A stretch of 64,000 bases of DNA from Octopus sinensis (Eukaryota). Under the pieces are notes generated by a model. The model made no database searches. It was not told the origin of the DNA and saw only the letters and a program-made list of their open reading frames with translations. Position 1 is the stretch's first letter, and each line of letters opens with the position of its first letter. The position numbers were made by a program, and so were the translations under genes. Where the stretch lies: the NCBI RefSeq assembly GCF_006345805.1, contig NC_043002.1, positions 49,972,001 through 50,036,000 on the forward strand, read 5' to 3'. Positions 1-12,890 of this stretch are shown here, in pieces.

Positions 1-793
1 TGACCTTGTAGAGTAGGTGTGAGTGGCTGAATCTGGCCAGTTTGAACATAGAACAAGTAGAATATTTGGGCTGGTTATCATCATCATCATTTAATGTCTT
101 CCCTCTATGCTGATATGGGTCAGACAGTTTGACAGGAGCTGGCCAGGCAGAAGTCTGCACCATACTTCTGGTGTTTTTTTCTTACAGCTGGATGCCCTTC
201 CTAACACCAACTACCCCACTGAGTGGGCTGAGTACTTTTTACTTGGCACCAGCATAGGTGAGGTCAGTTTTGGCTTGATTTCTACAGCTGGATGCCCTTT
301 CAAATGCCAACCACTTAACAGTGTGAACAGGGTGCTTTTTAAGTGGCACCTGCACTGACAGGGTCTCCAAGTAACTTTGCAAGACAAGGAATCTTTGAGA
401 GGGGAGGGGAGGAGAGCATTGGAGGAGGTGATCTTGTGTCAGATGATGAAAGGAGACAGAGACAGAAATGGAGGTCTTGCTGTAGAGGAGATATATTGTT
501 ACCCAACCAGAGAGGGTGAGAGAGTCAGAAAGAAAGAGAGCAGAAACAGGTGTGTTGTTGGCTGGTTTAAATACCAAAGGGTTAAAAATAAAATTTTATA
601 AATCAGATTTGCCATAAATATATGTTATTAATTTTCCTTAATTTTTATCAATTTTGTAATTTCGATCTATTCCATTATAAACCTATTTCTACAAAATTCC
701 TTTTAAAAAAGGTGTATTTTTCAGGAGGTTATAGGAATCAGCATTGGTGATCTGACACCAAACTGGAGTTATTTCTCCCACTCTCTCTCTCTC

Positions 794-830
<37 letters not shown>

Positions 831-832
831 TA

Positions 833-1190
833 GGTGCAGGTGTGGCTGTGTGCTAAAAACCTTGTTTCCCAACCACATGGTTCCAGGTTCAGTCTCATTG
901 CATGGCACCATGGGCTGACCAAAGTCTTGTGAGTGGATTTGGTAGACGAAAACTGAATGAAGCCTGTCGTATATATATGTATATGTTTGTGTGTCTATGT
1001 TTGTCTCCTCACCATTGCTTGACAACTGATGTTGGTGTGTTTGTGTCCCCTTAACCTAGTGGTTCAGCAAAAGAGTTCGACAGAATAAGTAATAGGCTTA
1101 GAAAGAATAAAATAAGCCCTGGGTTGATTTGTTCGACCAAAGGTGGTGCTCCAGCATGGTCACAGTCAAGTGACTGAAAAAATACAAGAA
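833..1190 (+). mobile_element. tRNA-headed SINE, family A (Nin/Deu-like central domain), near full length
   Basis: Head ggtgcaggtgtggctgtgtgctaaaaacc...ggttccaggttcagtctc, core ccaaagtcttgtgagtggatttggtagacgaaaactg, tail ggtgctccagcatggtcacagtcaagtgactgaaa. More than 20 homologous pieces in the window. The domain name comes from recall only. Confidence 0.8.
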
Positions 1191-1220
1191 TATATATATA
1201 TTCTTTTTTTCTTTTTTTAT

Positions 1221-1602
1221 TTTACTTGTTTCAGTCATTTGACTGTGGCCATGCTGGAGCACCGCCTTTAGTCGAGCAAATCGACCCCGGGACTTATTCT
1301 TTGTAAGCCCAGTACTTATTCTATCGGTCTCTTTTGCCGAACCGCTAAGTGACGGGGACGTAAACACACCAGCATCGGTTGTCAAGCAATGCTAGGGGGA
1401 CATACACACACACACAAACACATATATATATATATATACATATATACGACAGGCTTCTTTCAGTTTCCGTCTACCAAATCCACTCACAAGGCATTGGTCG
1501 GCCCGAGGCTATAGCAGAAGACACTTGCCCAAGATGCCACGCAGTGGGACTGAACCCGGAACCATGTGGTTGGTTAGCAAGCTACTTACCACACAGCCAC
1601 TC
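1221..1602 (-). mobile_element. SINE family A, full-length young copy, inverted relative to 833-1190
   Basis: Reverse complement of the same head, core and tail with CpGs retained. Other pieces at about 1750-1925, 1955-2365, 2850-3015, 6990-7215, 8060-8220, 9190-9335, 18885-19210, 20475-20640, 31130-31320, 32060-32300, 32660-32810, 40100-40260, 42030-42160, 54940-55040, 58850-59040, 61560-61780, 63676-63870. Confidence 0.85.
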
Positions 1603-2158
1603 ATATTTTTTTTTGTAAAATTATTCTTTTATATTTTTTCAGCCCTAAGTCAGTGACCATGCTGAAGCAAGAATTTAGCATAAACTTTTACAAACTTTGC
1701 CAACATTTTAAAAGTTTTGGCTTGAATTTAAGCAGAATATATGTGACTGCAGTCATGCTGGGGCACCACCTTGAATTTTTAGCTGAATGAATCAACCCCA
1801 GTGCTTATTTTTTAAGCCTGGTACTTATTCTAGCCATCTCTTTTGCTGAACTGCTAAATTATGGGGATATAAACACACCAACACTGGTTGTCAAGCTGTG
1901 ATAGGTGGGGGACAAACAAGACACACACACACACACTTTTTTTCTTTAATTTATTTCAGTCATTTGACTGCAGCCATGCTGGAGCACTGCCTTTAGTTGA
2001 ACAAATCAACCCCAAGACTTATTCTTTGTAAGCCTAGTGCTTATTCTATCAGTCTTTTTTGCCAAACCACTAAGTTACGGGGATGTAAACACACCATCAG
2101 TTGTCAAGTAGTGATCAGGGAGGGGGCAAACAGATACACAAATGCATACATTTGTGTG

Positions 2159-2189
<31 letters not shown>

Positions 2190-2200
<11 letters not shown>

Positions 2201-2807
2201 TACACACACAACAGGCTTCTTTCAGTTTACATCCACCAAATTCACTCACAAGGTTTTCATCAGCCTAAGGCTATAGTAGAAGACATTTGCCCAAGGTGCC
2301 ATGTGGTGGGACTAAACTGGAAACCATGTCTTTAGGAAGCAAGCTTCTTACCACACAGCCACTCCTGTGCCTTTGTTAACCTTCTGTTTGTAAAAGTGTA
2401 TATATGTGTGTGTGTATATATATATATATATACACACACGTGTGTGTGTGCATGCACATATATATATTTTTTTAAAGTTTATAAAAGTTTGAAATGAATT
2501 GTCAGTTTGCAGTCATTTTTACATATCCTCCTTTATTTTTATAACAGACATCTCAATCTGTGTTTGTGATTCTCTCTCTGCATGTGTATGTTTTGTGTGT
2601 AGCATTCCTTTACTCATTGCCTGCCACCAAGCCTGGTATGTGTATTCATCCTCTACCTCTCTGTATCTTATCTTTATTCTCTCTCACCCTCTTTCATTAT
2701 ACGATGCAAAGCAGGAGTGGAGAAATCCATTAGCCAACCAACCAACCAGCCAATATTTGTATCAGGTATCAAATAGATTTTAAATATATATATATATTAT
2801 ATATATA

Positions 2808-2848
<41 letters not shown>

Positions 2849-3460
2849 TACACACACAACAGGCTTCTTTCAGTTTACATCCACCAAATTCACTCACAAG
2901 GTTTTCATCAGCCTAAGGCTATAGTAGAAGACATTTGCCCAAGGTGCCATGTGGTGGGACTAAACTGGAAACCATGTCTTTAGGAAGCAAGCTTCTTACC
3001 ACACAGCCACTCCTGTGCCTTTGTTAACCTTCTGTTTGTAAAAGTGTATGTATGTATATATATATGTGTGTGTGTGTATATATATATATACACACACGTG
3101 TGTGTGTGCATGCACATATATATATTTTTTTAAAGTTTATAAAAGTTTGAAATGAATTGTCAGTTTGCAGTCATTTTTACATATCCTCCTTTATTTTTAT
3201 AACAGACATCTCAATCTGTGTTTGTGATTCTCTCTCTGCATGTGTATGTTTTGTGTGTAGCATTCCTTTACTCATTGCCTGCCACCAAGCCTGGTATGTG
3301 TATTCATCCTCTACCTCTCTGTATCTTATCTTTATTCTCTCTCACCCTCTTTCATTATACGATGCAAAGCAGGAGTGGAGAAATCCATTAGCCAACCAAC
3401 CAACCAGCCAATATTTGTATCAGGTATCAAATAGATTTTAAATATATATATATATATATA
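2190..3460. repeat. Near-identical tandem duplication, period 658 bp, bounded by (TA)n
   Basis: Identical ORFs at 2499-2783 and 3157-3441 (offset 658); sequence from acaacaggcttctttc to atagattttaaatata occurs twice. Confidence 0.95.
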
Positions 3461-5886
3461 TAATTAATGAGAGAAACAAGATGTAATATATGAGAATTTT
3501 TATTGATCACTACCATCATTTCGACCTGTCTACCATCGATCCCTCACGAGTGGGATACTGTACAACAGTACACACACACACACACACACTTCATCATCAG
3601 CACTTTTCATCTGTTTTTCTTTACTGGCATGGGTTAGTCTGATTATGACAGTTCACTGAGAGCCACTACTCCTATGGACTGGTGCTTATATGGTGTTATT
3701 TGATTTAATTTCTATGGTTGGATACCATTCATTTTGTTAATCGTTTTTCATGGTACACACAGTGCATTTTCTTGTGGCACCAATGCTAGAATGGTTGAAT
3801 GATCTTCAGGGAGACAAGATTAGAGAGACCTCACACTTTTGCTTGTTTTCTGCTCCTTTCTAGCCAACCACTTTACAGTTTGAACACCAGATGAGGAGCC
3901 TTGTGCATTGTAAAATATGAAGAGATCTCTGTAGCCTAACGCTGGGAAAAGTGTGAGAGAATAGTAATGACTGAAATGGTTGTACAAGTGTAGTGGAGTG
4001 TGAGATGTTGTGACGCAGCCATGTTGACCCAATCTACTTGGCATCACAAATTCAAGGCCTACATGACATTAGGACATTTTAATATTTCCCTTATTCTTCA
4101 AGGCATTTTAATATTTCCCTCATTCTTCAAGAATTGTTAGCATGCCGGTTAAAATTTCTCTGAGGTTGACTTTGCTTGTCATCCTTATGAGGTCGATACA
4201 GTATATACCAGTTGAGCAATGGAGGTTGATGTAATTGATGTGTGCCCTCCCTTGAAATTGCCGGCCATGTGTTAAAATTTGGAACCAATATTTCTCTCAT
4301 TCTCTCCCTTGCCTTTCTTTATGTGTGGGAGCATGTTTGGCTTGGTTTTGTTGTTAAGAAGCTCACTTTGCAACTATGTAGTTTGGGGCTCAGTCCCACA
4401 TCACAACACCTTGTTGCTTTCTACTAGTCTCAGGCCATTGAGTGCCTTGTAAGTGCATTTAGTAGAAATTGTGTGGAAGCTTGTTGTGTGTCTGTGTGTA
4501 TCATTGTCATCATATGTCTGTTGTCCATGCTGGCATAAGTTGGACAGTTTGAGTGAGCTGGCATGCTGGAAGGCTGCACCACTCTCCCGTCTGACTTGGC
4601 ATGGTTTTCTACGGCTGGGTGTCCTTAATGCCAACCACTCAGAGAGTGTAATGGGTGCTTTTACGTGCCACTGGTACAACACCGGGATGCTTATATATAT
4701 AGGAAAAGTGTTTATATTAATCAAGTTTGATTAATGAATTATAATGTCTCTCATTCTGTCTGTATGTGTGTTTGCATCTAGTGCCAGAAAATATTGTTGA
4801 TGAAGCACCTTCAGTGTCCAGTCAACTATGTTTCAATCATCTCATTCCAGAGTAGGAGGGTAGAAGTGTAAATGTAAGTGTAGAGAGAACTCAATAACTC
4901 AGGTTATGTACTTTTGCTCTGGTGACTAGGAAGGGGATAGGAGGAAGAGAGAAATAATGAGTGGGTGTAGAGAGAGAGAGAGAGAGTAATGCTTGGTGGC
5001 CAAAGGTAAGGATGGAGAGTGAAAATTCATCCTTACAGTCTCTCTCAGCTAGCATCAGATTGAGCTCTGCTTTCTGTAAATTGTACTCAATCATAAAGCA
5101 GGTGCAACTTCATATCAGAACTTGCATACTTTCCAAGACATGAAATATACAACATTTCTGTCAGTGTGCCTCAAACTGGACCTCTCTTGGTTGCTAGAAA
5201 AATTGAGCCAAAGAGGAAACAGCATCCTCAGTTAAATTTAACCCACAACACAAGAAAGGTTTCTGCATGGTGCTTCTTTATTTTATGCTTGTTGACATGT
5301 GGGGACACAGGCTGACTAAAAATATCATACATGAGAAGAGTCATGTAACTTGTGGTGCTGTGTAGGGTTTAGGAATGGTTTCAGCTAAGTTTATATGGGC
5401 TGACATAATTCCAGCTTCGATTTGCCATGGCCAAATCCAGACAGTGTTGAATTCACACAACTGTCAGTGCCTTAAGGGAAAAGAAGTAATGCAACTGGAA
5501 GCACCTGTGAAAGAAGTGCTGCCAACAGTGACTGTTAAACAGCAGTTGGTTGGCTCTATATTCTGCTTAAATGCAAGTGGTGCCACAGGCAGTACTGCTA
5601 TACTGTATGTGAACCCCAAAGATGTTTTCTCTCGCCACAGCAGTGCCTACAATTGCAGCTACTCTCCTTAATGTACAAGGTGTCTCATAACTGATCATTC
5701 AACTTTATTCTTCACCAAGTGTTCGCGACCAGAAAGTTGATAGAGCAGATAGATCTGTTGGAAAGCAGTGAAATTGCCATGGGTCACAAGCATATCTTTA
5801 AGTTTATTGATTGTAATCCACATTGTATCAAAGGCAGCAAGAGAAAACTAGAAATAGATTTTTTTAAAACTATGTAGCATTCAGAT

Positions 5887-6198
5887 GTGGAGATGCAATG
5901 GCTCAGTGGTTAAGGCAGCGGACTCGTGGTGGGAGGATCGCTGTTTCGATTCCCAGACCGAGCGTTGTGTGTGTTTATTGAGCGAAAATACCTAAAAGCT
6001 CCACGAGGCTCTGGTAGGGAGTGATGGCGACCCCTGTTGTACTCATTCGCCACAACTTTCTCTCACTCTCTCTTCCTGTTCCTTGAGTAATGCTGCGATG
6101 GACTGGCGTCTCAACCAACTGGGGGGAACACATATGCTGCAGAAACCGGGAAACCGGGCCCATGAGCCTGGCTAGGCTTGAAAAGGGGGAAAAAAATG
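5887..6198 (+). mobile_element. tRNA-derived SINE, family B (OR1/OR2-like), with 11-bp TSD
   Basis: A-box tggctcagtggttaagg, B-box gtttcgattccc, conserved body aaagctccacgaggctc. TSD agcattcagat at 5876-5886 and 6199-6209. Inserted into a piggyBac-type MITE. Confidence 0.85.
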
Positions 6199-6385
6199 AG
6201 CATTCAGATTACTCTGACAAATGTAATACTTATATATTCACATTATTTTGAATTAATCATGCATTGTCTTGTAGCTTTGAGATTTTGATGATGTGATTGT
6301 TCATTTTTAGAATGACATTATAGGGTAGGTGTTAGAGGCTGGACCTGGCCAGTTTGAACATTTGGATCTGATACAGCCAATTTAA

Positions 6386-6594
6386 CCCTTTAGCATTTAA
6401 ATTGACCATATCTGGCCGAAATTTTTTATCTGTTTTACGTTCACACTGACCAGTGATCTCTCACACCTACAATGTCATTTAAAAAATATACAATCACATT
6501 GAAATCTCAAAGCTATGAGATAATGCATGATGAATTCAAAACAATGTGAATAAATAAGCATTACATTTGACAGAGTAATCAGAATGCTAAAGGA
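6386..6594. mobile_element. piggyBac-type MITE (TTAA target, CCCTTTAGCATT termini)
   Basis: TTAA at 6382-6385 and 6595-6598; termini ccctttagcatt...aatgctaaagga. An oppositely oriented relative lies at about 5866-6385 and is interrupted by the SINE. Confidence 0.75.
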
Positions 6595-7219
6595 TTAAGT
6601 ATGGATCTAGGCCACATGTTAGACAGGTGACACTCATGTATGTTGTGGTTTATAGGGTCTTGTGATATGGGAATATGGTAAAAATGTTGAGGAAAGTGGT
6701 AGTGGGGATGGGATGCGGGTAGGTCCCCAACTGTCATTATGTGAGCTGCATGAATCAGAAATGAGTGGGTGTCAAAATTGTAGACAAAGCAGAAGTGTGT
6801 GTGTGAGATCATCATTTTAATTTTCACTTTTTCATGTATTCCATAGACTGGACAGGGTTTAACGAGACAGATTTTCTATGGCAAGATGCCCTTCTTGTCA
6901 ACATTCCTCACCTGTTTCCTAAGTAAGTAAGGTAATATTTCCCTATGATGAAACTTCTATTCACAGAAGATTGGAAATGAAGGATGTTGTTTGCATGACG
7001 GTGACATCTGTTTACGACTACCATGTGATGTCACAGCAAGGAGACACACATACACACAATTTTGAAGGGCTTCTTTTAGTTTCTGGTTACCGAATCCACT
7101 CACAAGGTTTTGGTTGGTCTGGGGCTATTGTAGGAGACACTTGTTCATGGTGCTCTGCAGTGGGACTGAACACGGAACCATGTAGTTGGGAAGCAAACTT
7201 CTTGCCATACAACTTTGCC

Positions 7220-7256
<37 letters not shown>

Positions 7257-8289
7257 GCCTGGTGCAGCCATCTGGTTCGCCAGCCCTCAGCCAAAATCGT
7301 CCAACCCATGCTAGCATGGAAAGCGGACATTAAACAATAAGTGTGTGTGTGTGTATGATGAATTTCTACACATTTCTTTTCAGTTTATGATTGTTTCTAA
7401 AGTTTCATCAGTATAGTATATATATTGTGTGTGTGTGTGTGCACAGTAATCTTAGCTATTTCTCCACCTTGCTAAATTCCAAGCAGTTCATCAACTCTTA
7501 GCTACCACCCAAACACCTACCCAGCCACCCACCCACCACTGAGGCCCTGATTATTCTAATGATAACATCACTGTGGTAGAAGATACGCTGATAGAATGAA
7601 ATATAGAGTATGTTATACATATGTACATGTAGGTGATATAGCTAGCTAGCCGGCTAGAGACAGATACATGGCATTGTTGTACAGAGAGAGAGAAGGGGTG
7701 GTTGGTGTAGTTTGATAAAGATAGAATGTTGCAGAAGTACACTAATGAAAATTGGCATTATTATAGATAGGTAAGCTGATGGAGTTAGACAGCTGGTTTG
7801 ATGTATAGATAGATGAATGCAGAGTTAAAACTGAAGGTGTAGGAACAAAATCAAGCTTTGATAGTTCATGTCACTGTGTTTTCATTAGGGAGTGGCTGCT
7901 ACTGATATTCTTAGTCATATTTCTTTCTTCTAGTTTAATATTTACCTTTCAAATCTTTATTTAAGAGAATGTGTATGTGTGTTCTTAGAGTGCAGAGAAC
8001 ATGAATGTCCTCTTTGTATTGTCTCCTGCCAGCAGATGTGTTGGCATTGAGAATCCTCGGCTGAACTACTAGGGCTTCTTTTCAGTTTCTACCCATCAAG
8101 TTTGCTTGCATATCTTTGTTCAGTTCAGGGATATAGTAAGTAGTCCCAGGTGCCAAACAGTGGAACTGAATGCAGAATGACATGGTTGCAAAATTAGCTT
8201 CTTAAACCACATGACCATACCTGCACTTGGCTCATGGATATAGATACATAAAAATATACAAACATGTCTTTTCAGAACTTTAACTCCAT

Positions 8290-8690
8290 ATTGAGCGTAG
8301 GGTGCCAACAAGGGATTTCCATTTGCCTCAATCTTTGACACTAGATTGCAGTTGTCCCCAGGTGTAACTGCTTGTCAGTGCTTCAGTTTCTGTGGATCTT
8401 CTCCATGTTGCTTTTTGTCTGCCATGCTTGCATCTCCCTCAGCATGTCCATCACAGGTTTCCATAAAGCGTGTCCCAGCCAACCCTATTTCCTCCTCTTG
8501 ACCTGAGTTTTGATGGGTTGCTGGTTTGCCTATTCCCACAAGGTGTATTTTTATGGTGAAGAAACTCCCTCTTGAGTTTTAGTTTATCAGTAAACTGAAT
8601 TGTTTTCCCTGTGGATATTATGTTGGGGGCATTGTGTTCCCTGTACACCATCATCAAGCAGACCCAATGTAACATTGTGTACTACAAAAT
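8290..8690 (-). pseudogene. RTE-clade LINE, decayed C-terminal end of the RT ORF
   Basis: Minus-strand translation with stops and frameshifts: WE*ANQQPIKTQVKRRK*GWLGHALWKP...GRQKATWRRSTETEA...TWGQLQ...D*GKWKSLVGTL. This matches the RTE C-terminal motifs RRKWxWLGH, GRPKxTWRR and DRxxWRxLV. Confidence 0.8.
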
Positions 8691-8717
8691 GGGTCTTTTG
8701 AATTACAAAAGCCAATC

Positions 8718-9060
8718 TCATCATCTTTGTTTAATGTCCGTTTTCCATACTGGCATGGGTTGGACGGTTTGACTGAGGTCTAGAGAGCCAGTGGCTGCAC
8801 CAGGCTCCAATCTGATCTGGCAATGTTTCTACAGCTGGATGCCCTTCCTAATACCAACAACTCCAAGAGTGTAGTGAGTGCTTTTTTCCACTGGCACAGG
8901 AGCCATTCAGGTGGGCCTGGCAACGATCACGTTCAGATAGTGCCTTTTATGTGCTACTGGCACAAGGGCCAGTCAATGGGTACTGGCATCAGTCATGTTT
9001 AGACGGTACTTTTTACATGCCACCAGCACAGGAGCCAGTCAGGCGAATCTGGCATTGACT
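8718..9060 (-). mobile_element. (GAT)n-tailed SINE-like family C with RTE-type 3' end
   Basis: Core ctacagctggatgcccttcctaa(c/t)gccaacc and terminus ccatgctagcatggaaa.cggacgttaaacgatgatgat. Other copies at about 78-360, 4500-4690, 7250-7335, 9335-9470, 9703-9930, 11768-12390 (split), 20155-20420, 25495-25650, 30720-31100, 34910-35135, 43395-43660, 56620-56845, 57110-57270, 59590-59815. Confidence 0.8.
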
Positions 9061-9479
9061 GGGATTTCTGTGGAATTTTCATCCAACAATTTTATTCATA
9101 AAGCTTGGGTTAACCCAGAGCTATGATCTACGCAGTAGAATCAAATCCAGATCCTTGTGATTAAAAAGCAAATTTCTTTATCACATAGATAAGCTAGTGT
9201 GACTGTGTGGTTGAGAAGCTTACTTCCCAATCATGTCATCTTGGGTTCAGTTCCTCTGTGTGGCACCTTAGGCAAGTGTCTCCTATATCCCTCGGCTCGC
9301 CAAAACCTTGTGAGTGGATTTCATAGATGGAAACTAGAGGGCATCCAGCTATAAAAACCATGACAAAAACAGACAATGGAGCTTGGTGCAGTCCTCTGGT
9401 TTGCTAGCTCCTGTCAGACCATCCATCCCTTGCCAGCCTGGAAGATGGACATTAAATGAAGATGATGATGATTGTGTGT

Positions 9480-9695
9480 GCCCCTTATTTAGACATTTTA
9501 TAGATGATTGTAAATGAACATTGTCTTTCAGTGTTCCATAAAAAAAAATGTCTAGTCTAGTAATGGGAAAGTATTACTTTGCTTGGAAACAGGCGAAGGT
9601 TGGTGACAAGAAGGACATCCGACTGTAGAAAATCTGCTTCAATAAATTCCATCTGATCCATGCAAGCATGGAAAAATAGACATTAAATGACAATA
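9480..9695 (+). mobile_element. SINE-like family D (sister of family C, same kind of (GAT)n 3' end)
   Basis: ggaaacaggcgaaggttggtgacaagaaggacatcc...aaaatctgc...ccatgcaagcatggaaaa. Homologues at about 6826-7030, 19310-19500, 32330-32500, 42170-42350, 43190-43410, 48357-48520, 50745-50950, 60030-60280, 62300-62420. Confidence 0.7.
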
Positions 9696-10146
9696 AGGAT
9701 ATCATCATCATCATTTAACGTCTGTTGTTCATGCTGGTATGGGTTAGATGCAGAGCTAGCAAGCTGGAGAGCTGCACCAGACTCCAGTCTGATTTGGCAT
9801 GGCTTCCACAACTGGATGCTTTTCCTAATTCCACTCACTTTACAGAGTGTGCTGGGTGCTTTTACAATAAGACTGCACGAGCACTTTTACCTGGCACTGC
9901 CAAGAGTGCCTTTTATTTGGCACCAGCATAGGACTCTTGCAGGTCAATCCTCTGTGTTTGAAGTGATATCCGTGTATAATACGTTCTTGTGTTTTTTTTT
10001 TTGTGTGTGTACATTTTTAAAATGCGTTTTTATTCATTTTCCCACATGTATTGCATATATTGGTTTATTTACTGGAGTAGCAGCTGTTGCACTAAAGTGC
10101 TTTTTGTTTTGCTAACCACAACCTAGACTTAATTCACTCCCAAGTA

Positions 10147-10690
10147 CAGGGTGGCCATAAAGTCATGCACCATCCTGCAATATGTGAAATTCCTCACATT
10201 CTCTCTTTTTTTTTTCTCTTTTCACAACTGCTGATATTACTCCCAAACCAATCCTCAATGGATGGAGGCAGATAATCAACAAGGTGGGGCAAGGTAATGG
10301 TGTGGTGTGGGATTTGGCACAATCAAATAATTGGACTATTTTATTTTGAGGGCTCTGTGACAGGTGATTCACATCTGGACATGCTTGGCAACAAGATGAT
10401 GCCTCACGTGCATTTGCTTGGAAGGGGAAATCCTGTCTAGTTTCAGCAGGATGGGGCTCTGCCCCATTATGCAGTACAGGTTCGTGATTTTCTGAATGAA
10501 CATGTTCCAGGGAGATAGCTCAGGCATTGTGGGCCAATTGAATGAGCACCATGGTCACCAGATTCCACTAAGTGATTGTTTTTTTTTTTTTTGTGGAGGT
10601 GGTGAGGGGGACTCCTCTGACGATATTAAGTCTTTCAGGAGAAAACCACATTTCAAGTTGAGGACAATGTAGAATCTTTGGGGTACCAAG
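10147..10690 (+). mobile_element. Tc1/mariner DD41D (rosa-type) transposon remnant with left TIR
   Basis: TA + cagggtggccataaagtc at 10145-10164. Decayed translation KVMVWCGIWHNQIIGLFYFEGSVTGDSHLDML...FQQDGALPHYAVQVRDFLNEHVPGR*...*APWSPD; about 41 residues between catalytic D2 and D3 after restoring a frameshift. Confidence 0.85.
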
Positions 10691-10843
10691 TTATTAGCAT
10701 AGAGGGATACCTGATAGCCTTCAGCATCATCTTGGACTTTTTCTTTCTTTTTTTTTTTCATACTTTTTTAAGAGCTGGAATGAGGAGAGTTGGACATTCT
10801 CTTCCCACTACACTCATCATTTGCAGTTGTTGTTGACTTAGAT

Positions 10844-11191
10844 CAGTCTTTCTCAACCTTTTTACCCTTGCATAATCCTTAAAATAAATTACATGTCTCA
10901 AGGAATCCCTGCACCAAAAAAATTATCTACCATATCTTTCTCATATTTTTTCATTGTAGTTCACTTGGTAAATATCATATATATCAATAGGGGGTCCATA
11001 AATTACAGACATCACTAAATGTATCCCCAATGGCGGTTATATTTTTTTGATAACACAATAGATAGGATGATGTCTGTATTTCAATAACCAATATGTTGTG
11101 CATTTATTACAGTCATTAAGTTAGCATTAGCTTATCTCACTCTTTCTTGTGGGACCCTAGGGTTCTGGGGAATCCCGGTTGAGAAACGCTG
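10844..11191. mobile_element. hAT (Charlie-like) MITE
   Basis: TIRs cagtctttctcaacc / ggttgagaaacgctg; 8-bp flanks acttagat and acttatac (6/8 match). Confidence 0.8.
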
Positions 11192-11953
11192 ACTTATACA
11201 AATGATCAAATGGTGTTTCAGCCATGGCCATCTGGTACTTAGTTATTCCAGCTCCTATCACTCTCCTTCCCAAAACATTGCTGACACTCTACAAGGTTCA
11301 GGTCCAGTACTATTTCCATATTTTGGTTGGTGCTATTTCTTTGCATACAGAGAAGTGCATCCGAAGAATCACTACTCAACTGCTTGACATAGTCACTAAC
11401 TGACATGCCCCAACCTCTGTCCCTTAGGTGTATTGTATCTTCTCTGTGTCTTTTCTATCATGAATATATCATGATATATCTCTTTTTGGGGGCTGGCTGC
11501 TCTTGTACTCCCTCCTTTTATACACCTCTGGCCCACTTGTCCTTCCACTTCTTGCCACCCTAGTTACATTTAGCACTTCCTTGTTGTACACTAAGCACTT
11601 AGCCAGTCCTGTCTCCCCAGAACAACATCCTTCTGGAATCCTCTTACTGCTCGTGTCTTTTCTGTAGGTGTTGTTCTTCAACTCTTCAAATAAAATATTT
11701 ATGGTGTTGAGCTCATAGGTCTTGGAGTGCTTGTGGAGGGCATGGGTAGTGTGCCTTCTTTCAGACTCATCATCATCATCACCACCATCATCGTTTAATG
11801 CCTATTATTCATTGCTGGTATAGGTTGGACAGTTTGACAGGAACTGACAAGCCAGAAGACTGCACTGAGCTCCTGTGTCTGCCTTGTCATGGTTTCACTT
11901 GGTTTCTACTGCTGGATACCCTTCCTAGTGCTAACCGACTACTTTATCATGTG

Positions 11954-12336
11954 GATGGAAGCACTCAGTTGGTTACGATGACGAGGGTTCCGGTTGATCC
12001 GATCAATGGAACAGCCTGCTCATGAAATTAACGTGTAAGTGGCTGAGCACTCCACAGACACGTGTACCCTTAACGTAGTTCTCGGGGATATTCAGTGTGA
12101 CACAGAGAGTGACAAGGCCGGCCCTTTGAAATACAGGTACAACAGAAACAGGAAGTAAGAGTGAGAGAAAGTTGTGGTGAAAGAGTACAGCGGGGATCAC
12201 CACCATCCCTGCCGGAGCCTCGTGGAGCTTTAGGTGTTTTTGCTCAATAAACACTCACAACGCCCAGTCTGGGAATCGAAACCGCGATCCTACGACCGCG
12301 CGTCCGCTGCCCTAACCACTGGGCCATTGCGCCTCC
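11954..12336 (-). mobile_element. tRNA-derived SINE family B, young copy, 13-bp TSD, inserted in a family C element
   Basis: Minus head ggaggcgcaatggcccagtggttagggcagcgg...ggtttcgattccc. TSD actttatcatgtg at 11941-11953 and 12337-12349. Confidence 0.9.
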
Positions 12337-12818
12337 ACTTTATCATGTGCACTGGATGCTCTCTTTTTTCTTTTTGTAGCACCAGCACTAGTAAATGAAA
12401 AATCCAATATGTCCTTTTTTTTCAAGACAATAGGATATTGATTTAAAGGAAATTTGGCTGCTATTCCTAACAGCTCTAGGAACCACCTCTATATGTTTTG
12501 GGTTTACTTTTAGCATACACTCTATACTTCCCACAAACTATTTCTTCCGGTTTTGTTTCCGCATTGCTTGCACTTGATAATAATGTATGTATATATGTAA
12601 GTGTATGTGTGTGTTTTCGTCTCTGTGTTTCTCCCTCATCACTGCTTCACAACTGGTGTTTGTTTATTTACATCCCCATAACTTACTGGTTTGACAAGAA
12701 GAAACTGATAGAATAAGTACCAGGCTGATCAAAATAAAAAAAAAAAAATACTAGGCAGTGTCTCATATTTTTGTTTGCCCACTCAGTTGTATCTATTAAT
12801 CTATCTATTTTTTTGTGC

Positions 12819-12886
<68 letters not shown>

Positions 12887-12890
<4 letters not shown>

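Noticed and set aside
5375-5671. 98-aa complex-looking ORF, with a nearby tacaaggtgtctca TIR-like word at 5673
   Set aside because: No recognisable motif in any frame I translated, no splice context and no partner TIR. Possibly an old transposon; needs BLASTx.
11469-11760. Minus-strand open frame of about 95 codons with a tataaaagg word
   Set aside because: No recognisable domain, LTR pair or splice signals.
12255-12336. tRNA-like sequences (also 5887-5960, 18105-18179, 22530-22595, 54407-54475)
   Set aside because: A and B boxes are present but there is no complete cloverleaf or acceptor stem; most continue into SINE bodies, so these are SINE heads, not tRNA genes.
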